Shown: positions 11,195 through 22,400, counted from the stretch's first letter. The stretch is 64,000 nt of DNA from Myxococcales bacterium (GCA_047601445.1 JASGJH010000001.1:1472001-1536000), one strand, 5' to 3'. The notes: generated by a model not told the origin, from the sequence alone. Translations and numbers: made by a program.

Positions 11195-11836
11195 ATGCCC
11201 ACTACACCCCGCAAACGACCGAAGAAGTCGCGACTTTCCGCGAAGAAGCAGCCCTCTCAGGGGCGCTCGCGCGCCACCTACGAGAGCATCCTCGACGCGG
11301 CTGCTCGGCTTCTCGAGAAGCACGGCTACGCGGAGCTCACCACCAACCACGTGGCCAAGGCGGCCGGTGTAGCCATCGGCTCGCTCTACGAGTATTTCGC
11401 CACCAAGGACGCCATCGTGGCCGAGGTGGTGCGCCGCACCGTGCGCAGCGTGGCGAGCGAGATCGCCGAGAGCTTCCAAGCGTCCCTGGCGGTCGGCATG
11501 GAGCGCGGCTTGCGCCCGCTGATCCGCGCGATGTTCGCAGCCATCGAGACGCGCGGGCGGCTCGTGCGCGTGCTCTCCACGAGCGTGCCCTTCCTCAACG
11601 AGATCGACGAAGTACGGGAGCTCCCGAACATGATGTTGGCGATCGCTCGGCAGGGCATCCCCGGCGCCACCACCAGCTGGCTCAAACGCGATCCGGAGGC
11701 GGCCACCTACTTGCTCACCGTGATGGTCGGCGCGGCGGTGGTCGAGAGCGTGGCTGGTAGGCCGGCTCACCTAACGCTGGCGCAACTCGAGGATTCCCTG
11801 GTGGGTCTCCTGAGTCGGGTGCTGGTGGAGAGCTAG
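11195..11836 (+). CDS. TetR/AcrR-family transcriptional regulator
   Basis: PSQGRSRAT..ILDAAARLL, LTTNHVAKAAGVAIGSLYEYF.TK. Confidence 0.95.
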   Translation: MPTTPRKRPKKSRLSAKKQPSQGRSRATYESILDAAARLLEKHGYAELTTNHVAKAAGVAIGSLYEYFATKDAIVAEVVRRTVRSVASEIAESFQASLAVGMERGLRPLIRAMFAAIETRGRLVRVLSTSVPFLNEIDEVRELPNMMLAIARQGIPGATTSWLKRDPEAATYLLTVMVGAAVVESVAGRPAHLTLAQLEDSLVGLLSRVLVES

Positions 11837-11885
11837 CCAGTCCCCTGCGCGGCGGGGAGACAACCTCGCTTCAACTGCATTCGAA

Positions 11886-11901
11886 CGTGACCAACGTCAC
11901 G
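11886..11901. promoter_or_regulatory. CRP/FNR-like palindromic site
   Basis: CGTGA-CCAACG-TCACG matches the GTGA-N6-TCAC spacing. A second palindrome, GGGTTAACCC, follows at 11911-11920. Confidence 0.4.
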
Positions 11902-12016
11902 CTCCCGAACGGGTTAACCCCCCTATTTCGGCGAGCTGACTAACCGTGCGATAGGTGTTCACTTCCTTTCGTGAGTTCTCTCCGACCGAAATTGGGAAGA
12001 GACTCAACTGAGTTAG

Positions 12017-13258
12017 ATGGAGGTCTTTCTGCACAAATCGCTACTCGCTGCCAGCTTCGCACTCGCAACTACCATGGTGATTGAGGCTGCTCCGGCCCAA
12101 GCATCGGACAACTACCAAATCACCCAAGTCGGGACCGAGGTTCCGACCCCGGGCCTGAACCGCACCACGTTCACCGTGTCCGCCGGGCCCTCCGCGCTCG
12201 AGACCTTCCACGTGGTCCGCGTGCGCCAGGCTTCGACCTCCCACCACGGCGACCCGCCCGTGATCCTGATCTCGCCCTTCTCGTTCCCGGCGGAGTTCTG
12301 GGAGATCACCAGCGTGGGAGCCTACGCCGACACCTACGCGGCGCGCGTCGCCAGCGCGGGCTACGACGTGTGGCTGGTCGACAGTCGCGGCTCCAGCATC
12401 GCGCCGGGCAGCTGCGAGAGCGGAGCGGTGGACTGCTCGCCGATGGGCCAGTGGGGCATCGACCTGTCGGTGGAAGACGCCATGTTCGTGCAGCGTCTGG
12501 TGAAGTCCTTCACGCCGAACAAGAAGCCTGTGATCGGCGGTCTCTCGGGCGGCTCCACCACGGCCATCGCCACCATCAACAAGTACCCGAGCAAGTTCTC
12601 CGGCCTCTTCATGTGGGAGGGCACCATCTTCACCGAGGTGCCGGCCATCCACACGCGCAACGCCAACTTCTGCGCCCAGGACGAGGCGCGCATGGCGGCG
12701 GGTAACTTCGCCGATCCGTCGGTGCAGGGCTTCAAGACGCTCTTCCAGCTGGCCGAGGCCGATCCGAACGGTCCCTCACCGATCCCGGTTTTCCCGCCCG
12801 GCACCACGAACCTGCAGGCGCTGCTCTTCGCGTTCACGATGCCGGACCCCAACAACCCGCTCAACTTCACGGACGACTTCGTGCGCATGATCGGCGATCC
12901 CTTCACCACCACGCTGGCCTATGCAGACATCGACCGCGTGTTCGGCTTCGGCAGCCTGATCCCCACCTACGCGCCCGTGCCCTTCATCCGCGATAGCCAC
13001 TGCGCCATGGGCAACGTGACGGGCTATGCGGACCGCTGGGCAGACCGGCTGGACAAGTTCCACGGCGACGCGCTCGTGTTCGTGGAAGGACACGGCTTCA
13101 ACCAGATGATGTTCGACACCGCGAGCCTCTTGACCAAGGCGGACGTCACCATCGACTACCACGCGGAGTTCGGCGAGAGCGACCGCTACTTCAATCGCGA
13201 CTGGGTAACGGTGGCAGTGAACCCGCTGCTCGCCTGGCTCGCCGGCGTGAAGTTCTGA
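12017..13258 (+). CDS. Secreted alpha/beta-hydrolase-fold protein
   Basis: Signal peptide (APAQA), AGYDVWLVDSRG, nucleophile elbow GLSGG. The start may be CTG 12029. Confidence 0.75.
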   Translation: MEVFLHKSLLAASFALATTMVIEAAPAQASDNYQITQVGTEVPTPGLNRTTFTVSAGPSALETFHVVRVRQASTSHHGDPPVILISPFSFPAEFWEITSVGAYADTYAARVASAGYDVWLVDSRGSSIAPGSCESGAVDCSPMGQWGIDLSVEDAMFVQRLVKSFTPNKKPVIGGLSGGSTTAIATINKYPSKFSGLFMWEGTIFTEVPAIHTRNANFCAQDEARMAAGNFADPSVQGFKTLFQLAEADPNGPSPIPVFPPGTTNLQALLFAFTMPDPNNPLNFTDDFVRMIGDPFTTTLAYADIDRVFGFGSLIPTYAPVPFIRDSHCAMGNVTGYADRWADRLDKFHGDALVFVEGHGFNQMMFDTASLLTKADVTIDYHAEFGESDRYFNRDWVTVAVNPLLAWLAGVKF

Positions 13259-13261
13259 GCG

Positions 13262-13460
13262 CTAAACCGCGCCCAGCTCTAGCAGCCTCTCGACGAGGCT
13301 CTTGAATTCCCAGCGCTCGAACAGCTCCAGCGTGCGTTCGAGCGCTTCGCGTTTAAACGGCAGATGGGGGCCCGGGAGCGAGCGGGACAGCGATCTATGG
13401 GCGCGCCAGGCGCTCGCTGGCCCGCAGCTGCTCCGCGTGTTCGAGCCACGAGCTCACGGA
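13262..13460 (-). pseudogene. Broken C-terminal remnant of a 5'-3' exonuclease (PolA 5'-nuclease-like)
   Basis: Minus-strand frames read LEHAEQLRASERLARP*IAVPL and, after a frameshift, PFKREALERTLELFERWEFKSLVERL. This resembles the end of the PolA 5'-nuclease domain. Confidence 0.5.
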
Positions 13461-13749
13461 CGCCACAGCGAACAGAAGCCGCAGCGAGCATCCGTGGCCT
13501 TGCCGTCGCGGGTATTCATCGCCGGCAGCCCGTAGAACGAACGAAAGAACAGCGCGCAGGTGTCGAGCAGGAGAACGCACAGCGGGACTGTGTCGAGTTT
13601 TGCCTCAGTGTGGAAAGACGGCACGTAGCGCGCGCAGCCGGACTAGCCCATTTTTGCGACCCACGGTTTCCGGCGATCGCCCGCTCAAATGCCGTGAATT
13701 TCCCTGAACCCCCGCGCCGGTGCCTGACGCGACAGAGCCAGCAATTGCG

Positions 13750-13766
13750 TCGGCACAAGCCGTGCT
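13750..13766 (+). promoter_or_regulatory. Possible sigma54 promoter of the Ser/Thr kinase
   Basis: CGGCAC-AAGCC-GTGCT has GG-N10-GC spacing and sits about 60 nt upstream of ATG 13829. Confidence 0.35.
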
Positions 13767-13828
13767 TATTCGGGCGATTGCGCGCTGCGCAAGCCACCGA
13801 GCTACCCCCTCACCCCTACGAGGAAGCC

Positions 13829-14776
13829 ATGGTCGAACCGTTTGCCAATCTCCCCATCCTGGTCCCCGGAACGTGTATCGCGGGAACCTACGTGCTCGAG
13901 GAGGTCCTCGGAACTGGCGGCTCGGCAGTCGTCTACGGCGCACAGCACACGCGCCTCAAGAAGCGCGTGGCCTTGAAGGTCTACCCCATCCGGCCCGGCA
14001 CCGACCCAAGCTTCGTCCAACGCTTCCAGCAGGAGGCGAGCTTCTTGGCGCGCGTCCACCACGAGAACGTGATCGCCGTCTACGATGATGGCTTTCTGGA
14101 CGACGGCTCTCCCTACCTGGTGGTGCAGCGCCTGCGCGGCGAGACCCTGGCCACCCGCCTCGACCGCGGCCCCCTGCACGTCGATGACGTGGTGGACGTG
14201 GCGCTCGAGATGCTCGCGGCGCTCTCGGCGCTCGCACGCGTGGGCATCACGCACCGCGACGTGAAGCCCGAGAACGTGATGTTCGACCGCAGCCCGGACG
14301 GGCATTCGGTGTTGAAGCTGGTGGACTTCGGCGTGGCCAAGGACGCGGACACCATGCGCCGCGAGGACGGCGATGCGCTCGACGAGTTGGTGGGAACCCC
14401 GCGCTACATGTCCCCCGAGCAGATGCGCTGCGAACACGTGGACCCGCGCTCCGACCTCTACTCCCTCGGAGCCATGCTGTACGAACTCCTGACCGGCCGC
14501 ACCCCGCACTCGGGCGATACGTTGGAGGAGATCGCGCTCGCTACCTGGTACGCTCCCATCGCGTCCATCCGCTCGCTGCGCCCGGATTGTCCGGTGGTGC
14601 TCGAGCGCATCATCTTGAAGGCACTCGCTAGGGAGCCCGAGTGCCGCTACGAGACCGCGAGCGAAATGCGCAAGGAGCTCGAGCGCTGGAACGCCATGCG
14701 TCGCACGGCTCCCATCTCGCACCTCGTGGCAGCGCTCAAAACGCCCGCCGCGCTCCCGCAGGTTGCTTCTTTGTGA
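13829..14776 (+). CDS. Hanks-type Ser/Thr protein kinase, cytoplasmic kinase domain only
   Basis: LGTGGSAVVY, VALK, HRDVKPEN, DFG, GTPRYMSPE, SDLYSLG. No transmembrane segment. Confidence 0.95.
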   Translation: MVEPFANLPILVPGTCIAGTYVLEEVLGTGGSAVVYGAQHTRLKKRVALKVYPIRPGTDPSFVQRFQQEASFLARVHHENVIAVYDDGFLDDGSPYLVVQRLRGETLATRLDRGPLHVDDVVDVALEMLAALSALARVGITHRDVKPENVMFDRSPDGHSVLKLVDFGVAKDADTMRREDGDALDELVGTPRYMSPEQMRCEHVDPRSDLYSLGAMLYELLTGRTPHSGDTLEEIALATWYAPIASIRSLRPDCPVVLERIILKALAREPECRYETASEMRKELERWNAMRRTAPISHLVAALKTPAALPQVASL

Positions 14777-14918
14777 AGATGTGAAGAACTGTTTCTCCTT
14801 GGTTGGGGACGCCTTCCAATTGCACACGGCTCGCGCGACCTCGCACTCGCGCTGCCTTTTTCAGTAGATCCGCTGCACGAGCCTCGCCACAGTAGGCCTC
14901 CGGAAGGTGGGCTGCGCG

Positions 14919-16301
14919 ATGCGTTCGAGGTGGGTTCTCTTGTGGCTGGTTTGTCTCCCTTCCGCCGCCCGCGCGGATGACCGCGATACAGCGGCGGAGG
15001 CGCAGGAGCTCGTCGTCCCACCGGAGGACAAGCCTGCGGGTCGCACCATTGGCTTGAAGGAAGCCATGGACGCGGCGCGCGCGAACCATCCTCAAGTGCG
15101 ACAGGCCAAGGCGCAGACCGAGTACGCCGAGGGCACGGTGGAGGTCTCACGGGCGCCGCTCTTGCCGCAGCTCTCGGGCAACGCGAGCTACGTCCGGACC
15201 ACCTCGAACTTCGTGTTCCGCCCGAGCAACAACCCCAACTCGTTGGGCCAATTGGCCAACAACCCGGCGGCATTCAAGCGCACCAACCAGCTGTTCAACT
15301 TTTACAACTTCGGCATCACGCTCACACAGCAGCTCTACGACTTCGGCAACAGCATCGACAGCTACCGAGCCTCCAAGGAACTGGTGCGCGCGCAGAACGC
15401 CAACGAGCAGTCCGTGCTGCTCTCCGTGGAGTACAACGTGCGCAACGCGTATTTCACCGCGCGGGCCAGCCGCGCCGACGTGGCCGTGGCGCGCCAGACG
15501 GTGCGCAACCAGGAACGCCACAGGGACCAAATCCAGGCCTTCGTGGAGGCGGAGACACGGCCGGAGATCGACCTCGCACAGGTGAAGGCAGACCTCGCGA
15601 ACGCGCGCGTGCAGCTGATCCAGGCTCAGAACGCCTATGATGTGGCGCGCGCCACGCTGAACCAGGCCATGGGCGTCGAAGGCAGCATCGACTACGAAGT
15701 CGCCGACGAGACGCTACCGCCCATCCGCGAAGAAGAGAGCGCAGCCATCGACCTCCTGAAATTGGCGTCGGAGCGCCGCCCAGAGCTGCGCGCCCTCGCC
15801 TACCAGGCGAGCGCTCAACAGCTCACCGAGCGCGCCACCAAGGGACGCTACGGCCCCGTGATCAACGCCCAGGCCAACTTCACCGATGCCGGCAAGGACA
15901 TCGACAACCTGACGTGGAACTGGAACGTGGGCGCCAACCTCACGTGGACGCCCTGGGCCGGCGGCATCATCCGTGGGCAGCTCAAGCAAGTGCGGGCGAA
16001 CATGGCCGACATCCAGGCTCAGGTCGACATCCTGCGCCAACAGGTGTTGGTGCAGCTCGAGCAGGCGCGCCTCGCCGTACGCGCAGGCAAGGCCGTGCTC
16101 GCAGCCTCCGAGGAGGTGCTCGAGAACGCCACCCTGCGCTACGGCTATGCGGATGGGCGCTATCGCGAGGGGGTGGGCGAAGTGATCGAGCTCGAGGACG
16201 CGCAAGTCGCCCTGACGACGGCCCAAGCCCAGAAGGTGCAGGCCGAGTACGACCTGGCCATCGCCCGCGCCCAGCTGCTCAACGCGCTGGGTCGGCCCTA
16301 G
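14919..16301 (+). CDS. TolC-family outer membrane efflux protein
   Basis: Signal peptide, two OEP repeats (LLPQLS..YDFG; RRPELRA; RYREGVGEVIELEDAQ), ends AQLLNALG. Confidence 0.9.
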   Translation: MRSRWVLLWLVCLPSAARADDRDTAAEAQELVVPPEDKPAGRTIGLKEAMDAARANHPQVRQAKAQTEYAEGTVEVSRAPLLPQLSGNASYVRTTSNFVFRPSNNPNSLGQLANNPAAFKRTNQLFNFYNFGITLTQQLYDFGNSIDSYRASKELVRAQNANEQSVLLSVEYNVRNAYFTARASRADVAVARQTVRNQERHRDQIQAFVEAETRPEIDLAQVKADLANARVQLIQAQNAYDVARATLNQAMGVEGSIDYEVADETLPPIREEESAAIDLLKLASERRPELRALAYQASAQQLTERATKGRYGPVINAQANFTDAGKDIDNLTWNWNVGANLTWTPWAGGIIRGQLKQVRANMADIQAQVDILRQQVLVQLEQARLAVRAGKAVLAASEEVLENATLRYGYADGRYREGVGEVIELEDAQVALTTAQAQKVQAEYDLAIARAQLLNALGRP

Positions 16302-16348
16302 GATGTCCTGGCGCAAATTGTGTCAGCGATGTCCTGGCATCGCACCTC

Positions 16349-19300
16349 TCACTCCACGGATCTCATTCGCTCGTTGTAAGCCGGAAGCTGGGGCTTGCGG
16401 CGCGAGAAGCGATCGAGGGCCAGGTAGATCACCGGCGTGGTGTAGAGCGTCAGCAGCTGCGAGAAGATCAGGCCGCCCACGATGGCGATGCCGAGCGGTC
16501 GACGCAACTCCGAGCCCACACCGTGGCCGAGCGCCAGCGGGAGCCCACCGAGCAACGCAGCCAGCGTGGTCATCGTGATCGGCCGAAAGCGCATCACGCA
16601 GGCGCGGAAGATGGACTCCTCCGAGCTGAGCCCCTGCTCGCGCTCGGCCTCGATGGCGAAGTCGATCATCATGATGGCGTTCTTCTTCACGATGCCGATC
16701 AACAGAATGATACCTATCACCGCGATGATGCTGAGCTCGGTTTTGGTCACCATCAGCGCCACCAGGGCGCCGACGCCTGCAGACGGCAGCGTGGAGAGGA
16801 TGGTGATGGGATGGATCAGGCTCTCGTAGAGCACGCCGAGCACGATGTAGACCGTGACCAGCGCAGCCAGGATCAAGAGCCCCATGCTGGTGAGCGAAGC
16901 CTGGAACGCCTGCGCGGTCCCGGCGAAGTCCGCGCGCACACTCGGAGGTAAGCCGAGATCGGTGAGCGCACGGTTGATGGCGTCCACGGCCTGTCCCAGG
17001 GCGATGCCGGGGGCGAGGTTGAACGACAGGGTCACCGCAGGGAACTGCCCTTGATGGCTCACCGAGAGTGGCGTCGCGGCAGGCGAGAACGAGGCGATCG
17101 ACTTGAGCGGCACCTGGGAGCCATCGAGGGCGCTCACGTAGAAGCGCTGCAGGGCCTCGGGCGTCTGGGCCAGCTCGGGCTTGAGCTCCAGGATCACGCG
17201 GTACTGATTGCGCTCGGTAAAAATGGTGCTCACCTGGCGCTGCCCAAATGCGTCGTAGAGGGCGGCGTCCACCGCGCTCAGGGACACGCCCAGGCGCGAG
17301 GCGGTGTCGCGGTCCACGTTGACGTTCAAGAGCAGGCCCTTGGTCTGTTGGTCGGTGGCCACGTCCTTGAGCTGGGGGAGCGCACGGAAGCGCTCGAGCA
17401 CCTTGGGAGCCCACTGCTTGAGCTCGTTCAGGTCCGCGTCCTGCAAGGTGTACTGATACTGAGTGCGGCTCGCACGTCCGCCCATGCGCATGTCCTGCAC
17501 GGCCTGCATGAACAGATTGATGCCGCTGATCTTGGCGAGCTTGGGGCGCAGTCGCTCGATGATCTCGTCGGCACTCGATTGGCGCACCCCGAGTGGCTTG
17601 AGCGCCGCGAACACGGTGCCGGTGTTGCCCGCCGATCCTCCTGGGCCACCGCCGATGAACGACACCATGTGGTCCACGTCCGGGTCCGCGCGCACCACGT
17701 GGCTCACCTGCTCCTGCAGGGCGCGCATGGCCGGAAACGAGACGTCTTGCGGCGCCTCGGAGAAGCCCATCAGCTGCCCCGTGTCCTGCTGCGGAAAGAG
17801 GCCCTTGGGGATGGCCTGGTAGAGGTAGACGGTGGCAGCCACCGTGGTCAGCGCCACCAGCAAGGTCAAGCGCCGCCAGCGCAACACCACGCGAAGACTG
17901 CGCGCGTACCCGCGACTGATGAAGCCGTAGGCCTCCTCGACCTCGTGCTCGGCCCGTGACTCGTGGGCCGGGCGCTGCCGCAGGAGCTTGGCGCACATCA
18001 TCGGCGTGAGCGTCAGGGAGATCAGCGCCGAGAGCACGATGGCGATGCTCAGGGTCACTGCGAACTCGCGAAACAAGCGACCGATGATGCCCCCCATCAG
18101 CAAGATCGGGATGAACACGGCGATCAGCGAGACCGTGATCGAGACGATGGTGAAGCCGATCTGGCGGGCACCCTTGAGCGCGGCCGAAAGCGGCGTCTCG
18201 CCGGCCTCGATGTAGCGGGTGACGTTCTCGGTGACCACGATGGCGTCGTCCACCACGAAGCCGGTGGAGATAGTGAGCGCCATCAGCGACAGATTGTCGA
18301 GGCTATAGCCCCACAGGTACATGGCGCCGAACGTCCCCACCAGCGAGAGCGGCACGGCCACGCTCGGGATCACCGTGGCACGCAGACTGCGCAGGAAGGC
18401 GAACACCACCACCACCACCAGGCCCACGCTCAGTAGCAACGTGAACTCCACGTCCTTCACTGAAGCGCGGATGGTCTGGGCGCGGTCGATGGCCACCTGC
18501 ATGTTGATGGCCGGCGAGATGGACTCGGCGAGCCGCGGCAGCATGGCCCGCACACGATCGATGACCTCGAGGATGTTGGCTCCGGGCTGGCGCCGCACGA
18601 TAATCAACACGGCGCGCCGGGCGTCAGCCCAGGCCGCAATGCGGTTGTTCTCCACCCCGTCTTGCACCAACGCGATGTTCTCCAGGCGCACGGCTGCGTT
18701 GTCGCGGTAGGCCACGATCAGCTTGCGATAGTCCGCCGGCTGGTAGAGCTGATCGTCCACGCCGATCGTGAAGCGGTGACTCGGACCGTCGAGGCCCCCC
18801 TTGGGTTGATTGACGTTGGCGCTGGCGAGTGCGCGGCGCACGTCCTCGAGCCCGAGGCCGAGTCCCGCCAGGGTCTCCGGATCGACCTGCACGCGCACGG
18901 CCGGCTGCTGACCGCCTCCCACCATCACCTGGCCCACGCCCGGGACCTGAGAGATTTTCTGGGCCAGCACCGTGTTGGCGGCGTCGAAGATTTGCCCCAG
19001 CGGCAAGGTGTCGGAGGTGAGCGAGAGGATCAGGATGGGCGCGTCGGCCGGGTTGACCTTGCGGTAGTTGGGCCGGGTCGGGAGGTTGAGCGGAAGGTCG
19101 CCCGCAGCGCTATTGATGGCCGCCTGGACATCGCGCGCAGCCGCGTCCACGTCGCGATCGAGGGTGAACTGCAGGTTCACGTTGGTGCTACCCAGCACGC
19201 TCTGGGAGGTCATCTCGGTGATGCCCGCAATGCGCCCGAAGCGCCGCTCGAGCGGCGTAGCCACGGCGGCCGCCATCGTCTCGGGGCTGGCGCCGGGCAG

Positions 19301-19450
19301 CGCTCCGCTCACGGAAATGGTGGGAAAATCCACACGCGGGAGGGGCGCCACCGGGAGCTGCGTGTAGCCCGCTGCGCCGGCCAGGAACAGCGCCGCCGCG
19401 AGCAGCGTGGTGGCCACCGGGCGGCGAATGAACGGGGCCGAGATGTTCAT
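16349..19450 (-). CDS. mdtC: RND efflux permease, MdtC-like
   Basis: MNISAPFIRRPVATTLL, LPVAPLPRVDFPTI, GFVVDDAIVV, GIVKKNAIMMIDFA, RFRPITMTT. Confidence 0.9.
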   Translation of the reverse strand: MNISAPFIRRPVATTLLAAALFLAGAAGYTQLPVAPLPRVDFPTISVSGALPGASPETMAAAVATPLERRFGRIAGITEMTSQSVLGSTNVNLQFTLDRDVDAAARDVQAAINSAAGDLPLNLPTRPNYRKVNPADAPILILSLTSDTLPLGQIFDAANTVLAQKISQVPGVGQVMVGGGQQPAVRVQVDPETLAGLGLGLEDVRRALASANVNQPKGGLDGPSHRFTIGVDDQLYQPADYRKLIVAYRDNAAVRLENIALVQDGVENNRIAAWADARRAVLIIVRRQPGANILEVIDRVRAMLPRLAESISPAINMQVAIDRAQTIRASVKDVEFTLLLSVGLVVVVVFAFLRSLRATVIPSVAVPLSLVGTFGAMYLWGYSLDNLSLMALTISTGFVVDDAIVVTENVTRYIEAGETPLSAALKGARQIGFTIVSITVSLIAVFIPILLMGGIIGRLFREFAVTLSIAIVLSALISLTLTPMMCAKLLRQRPAHESRAEHEVEEAYGFISRGYARSLRVVLRWRRLTLLVALTTVAATVYLYQAIPKGLFPQQDTGQLMGFSEAPQDVSFPAMRALQEQVSHVVRADPDVDHMVSFIGGGPGGSAGNTGTVFAALKPLGVRQSSADEIIERLRPKLAKISGINLFMQAVQDMRMGGRASRTQYQYTLQDADLNELKQWAPKVLERFRALPQLKDVATDQQTKGLLLNVNVDRDTASRLGVSLSAVDAALYDAFGQRQVSTIFTERNQYRVILELKPELAQTPEALQRFYVSALDGSQVPLKSIASFSPAATPLSVSHQGQFPAVTLSFNLAPGIALGQAVDAINRALTDLGLPPSVRADFAGTAQAFQASLTSMGLLILAALVTVYIVLGVLYESLIHPITILSTLPSAGVGALVALMVTKTELSIIAVIGIILLIGIVKKNAIMMIDFAIEAEREQGLSSEESIFRACVMRFRPITMTTLAALLGGLPLALGHGVGSELRRPLGIAIVGGLIFSQLLTLYTTPVIYLALDRFSRRKPQLPAYNERMRSVE

Positions 19451-22400
19451 GCTTCGCCGCGCCCTTCGGTGTGAGGCGCACCCTCGACCAGCGGGTCTGA
19501 CTTGCCGCCGCGCATTCGTGCAGCCCAGGCCTGCACGCGGGTCATGTAGAGATAGATGACGGGCGTCGTGTAGAGCGTGAGCAGCTGCGAGATGAGCAGC
19601 CCGCCCACGATGGAGATGCCGAGCGGTCGGCGCAGCTCCGAGCCGGTGCCCGTGCCCAGGGCCAGCGGCAAGCCGCCGAACAGTGCGGCCATGGTCGTCA
19701 TCATGATGGGCCGGAAGCGCAGCAAGCACGCTTCATAGATGGCGTCCCGCGGCGACATACCCCGCTCGCGCTCCGCCTCCAAGGCGAAGTCGATCATCAT
19801 GATGGCGTTCTTCTTCACGATGCCGATCAGCAAGATGATGCCGATCAGCGCGATGATGCCGAAGTCCTCCCGACAGATCATCAACGCCAGCAGCGCGCCC
19901 ACACCCGCCGAGGGCAAGGTCGAGAGGATGGTGATCGGATGGATGTAGCTCTCGTAGAGCACGCCGAGCACGATGTAGACCGTGATCAGAGCGGCCAGGA
20001 TCAACACGGGTTCGCTGGCGAGCGAGCTGCGGAACTCCTGGGCGCTGCCGGAGAAGTCCGCGTGGATGCTGGAGGGAAGACCGACCTCTTGGCCCGCCTG
20101 CTCCACGACTTGCACCGCATCGCCGAGCGCCACGCCCGGCGCCAAGTTGAAGGACAACGTGACGGCGGGGAACTGGCCCTGGTGAGTTAACGAGAGTGGC
20201 ACCGGTTCGCTCACGAAGCGCGTGAAGGCGGAGAGCGGAATCTGGCCGCCATCGCTCGAGTGCACGTAGATGTGCCGGAGTGCCTCGGGATCGAACTGGA
20301 ACTCGGGCTTCACCTCGAGGATCACGCGGTACTGGTTGAGCTGGGTGAAGATGGTGGAGACGATGCGCTGCCCGAAGGCGTCGTACAGGGTGTCGTCGAT
20401 GGCTTGGGGGGTCACGCCCAGGCGGGCCGCGGTATCTCGATCGATCTTGATGCTGACCCCGAGACCACCGCTCTGCTGATCGCTGGCCACATCGGAGAGC
20501 TGCGGCAGCGTGCGAAGCTTCTCCAGCATGCGCGGGGCCCAGGTGAGGAGCTCGGCACTGTCGGCGTCCTCGAGCGTGTACTGGTACTGAGTACGACTGG
20601 TGCGGCTCTCGATCTGGAGGTCCTGCACGGGCTGTAGGTACAGGCGGATGCCCTTCACGGACTCGAGCTTGTCCGACAACCTCGCGATCACCTCGCTGGC
20701 GCTGGCCGCCCGCTGCTCGCGGGGCTTGAGCGTGATCGACATGCGACCGCTGTTGGTGGTCGGGTTGGTGCCGTCGGCCCCGATGAACGAGGCCACGTCT
20801 TCCACCGCGGGGTCCGCCAACACCACGTCCACCAGCTGGCGCTGCAGCTCCAACATGCGCTGGAAGGAGACGTCGGGAGCAGCCTCCGAAACGCCCGCCA
20901 AGAGGCCCGTGTCCTGCACGGGAAAAAAGCCCTTCGGCACCAGCACGGCCAGCAGCCCGGTGAGCACTGCGGTCGCGATGGTCACCGCCAAGGTGAGACC
21001 GCGATGGTCGAGCACCCACTTGAGCCCGCTCTCGTAGGTGCGCAGCATCCAGGCGATCGCCCCCTCGGACCAGCGACCCAGGCGCCCCACGGGCGCCTCT
21101 CCCTCTGGCCGCAGCAGCTGGCCGCACATCATGGCGGTCAAACTCAGCGACAGCACTGCCGAAACCGCCACCGCGATGCTCAGGGTCACGGCGAACTCGC
21201 GGAACAGCCGCCCGATGATGCCGCCCATGAACAGCAACGGGATCAACACCGCAATCAGCGACACCGTGAGCGAAACGATCGTGAAGCCGATCTGCTTGGC
21301 GCCCTTGAGCGCCGCCTCGAAGGGACGTTCGCCTTCCTCGATGAAGCGCGAGATGTTCTCCACCATCACGATGGCATCGTCCACCACGAAGCCGGTGGAG
21401 ATGGTGAGGGCCATCAGCGTCAGGTTGTTGAGGCTGTAGCCGCACAAGTACATCACGCCGAAGGTGCCCACGATGGAGAGCGGCACGGCCACCCCCGGGA
21501 TGATGGTGGCGCGTAGACTGCGCAAAAACAGGTAGATCACCGCCACCACCAGGAACACCGTGAGCACCATGGTGAACTGCACGTCCTCCACCGAGGCCCG
21601 CACGGTCTCGGTGCGGTCACTCACGATGGAGACGTTGATGGCCGGCGGCAACGAGGCCCCGAGCTGCGGCAACAGCTTGCGCACTCCGTCGGCCACCGCG
21701 ATCACGTTGGCGCCCGGCTGGCGGTTCACGTTCAGAATGATGGCGCGCTGGTGCTTGTTCCAACCGGCGAGCTGCGCGTTCTCCACGCCGTCGACCACTT
21801 CGGCCACGTCCATCAAGCGCAGCGCCGAGCCATTGCTGTAGGCCAGGATGAGGGGCTTGAAGGAGTCGGCGTCGTAGAGCTGATCGTTGGTGGCCAGCGT
21901 GTAGTCCTGACGCGGACCGTCGATGTTGCCCTTGGGCTGGTTGATGTTGGCGGCCACCAAAGCCTGGCGCACGTCCTCGAGGCTGAGGCCCGATCCTGCC
22001 AAGGCCAGCGGATCCACGCGCACGCGCACGGCCGGCTTCTGGCCACCGTTGATGGTCACCAGGCCCACGCCCGGCACCTGAGAGAGCTTCTGGGCCAAGA
22101 TCGAGTCCGCGTAGTCGTCCACCTGGTTCAACGACAGCGTGTCCGAGCTGACGGCCAAGGTGAGAATGGGCGCATCGGCGGGGTTGCTCTTCGAGTACGT
22201 CGGTGGTGCGGGCAACGTACTCGGCAGCAAGTTCGAGCTGGCGTTGATGGCGGCCTGCACGTCCTGCTCGGCCGCGTCGATGGAGCGATCCAGGGCGAAC
22301 TGCAGGGTAATCTGAGACGATCCGAAGCTCGACACACTGGTCATCTGCGTCAGCGACGGCATCTGCCCGAAGTTGCGCTCGAGCACCACCGTGACCGCCG

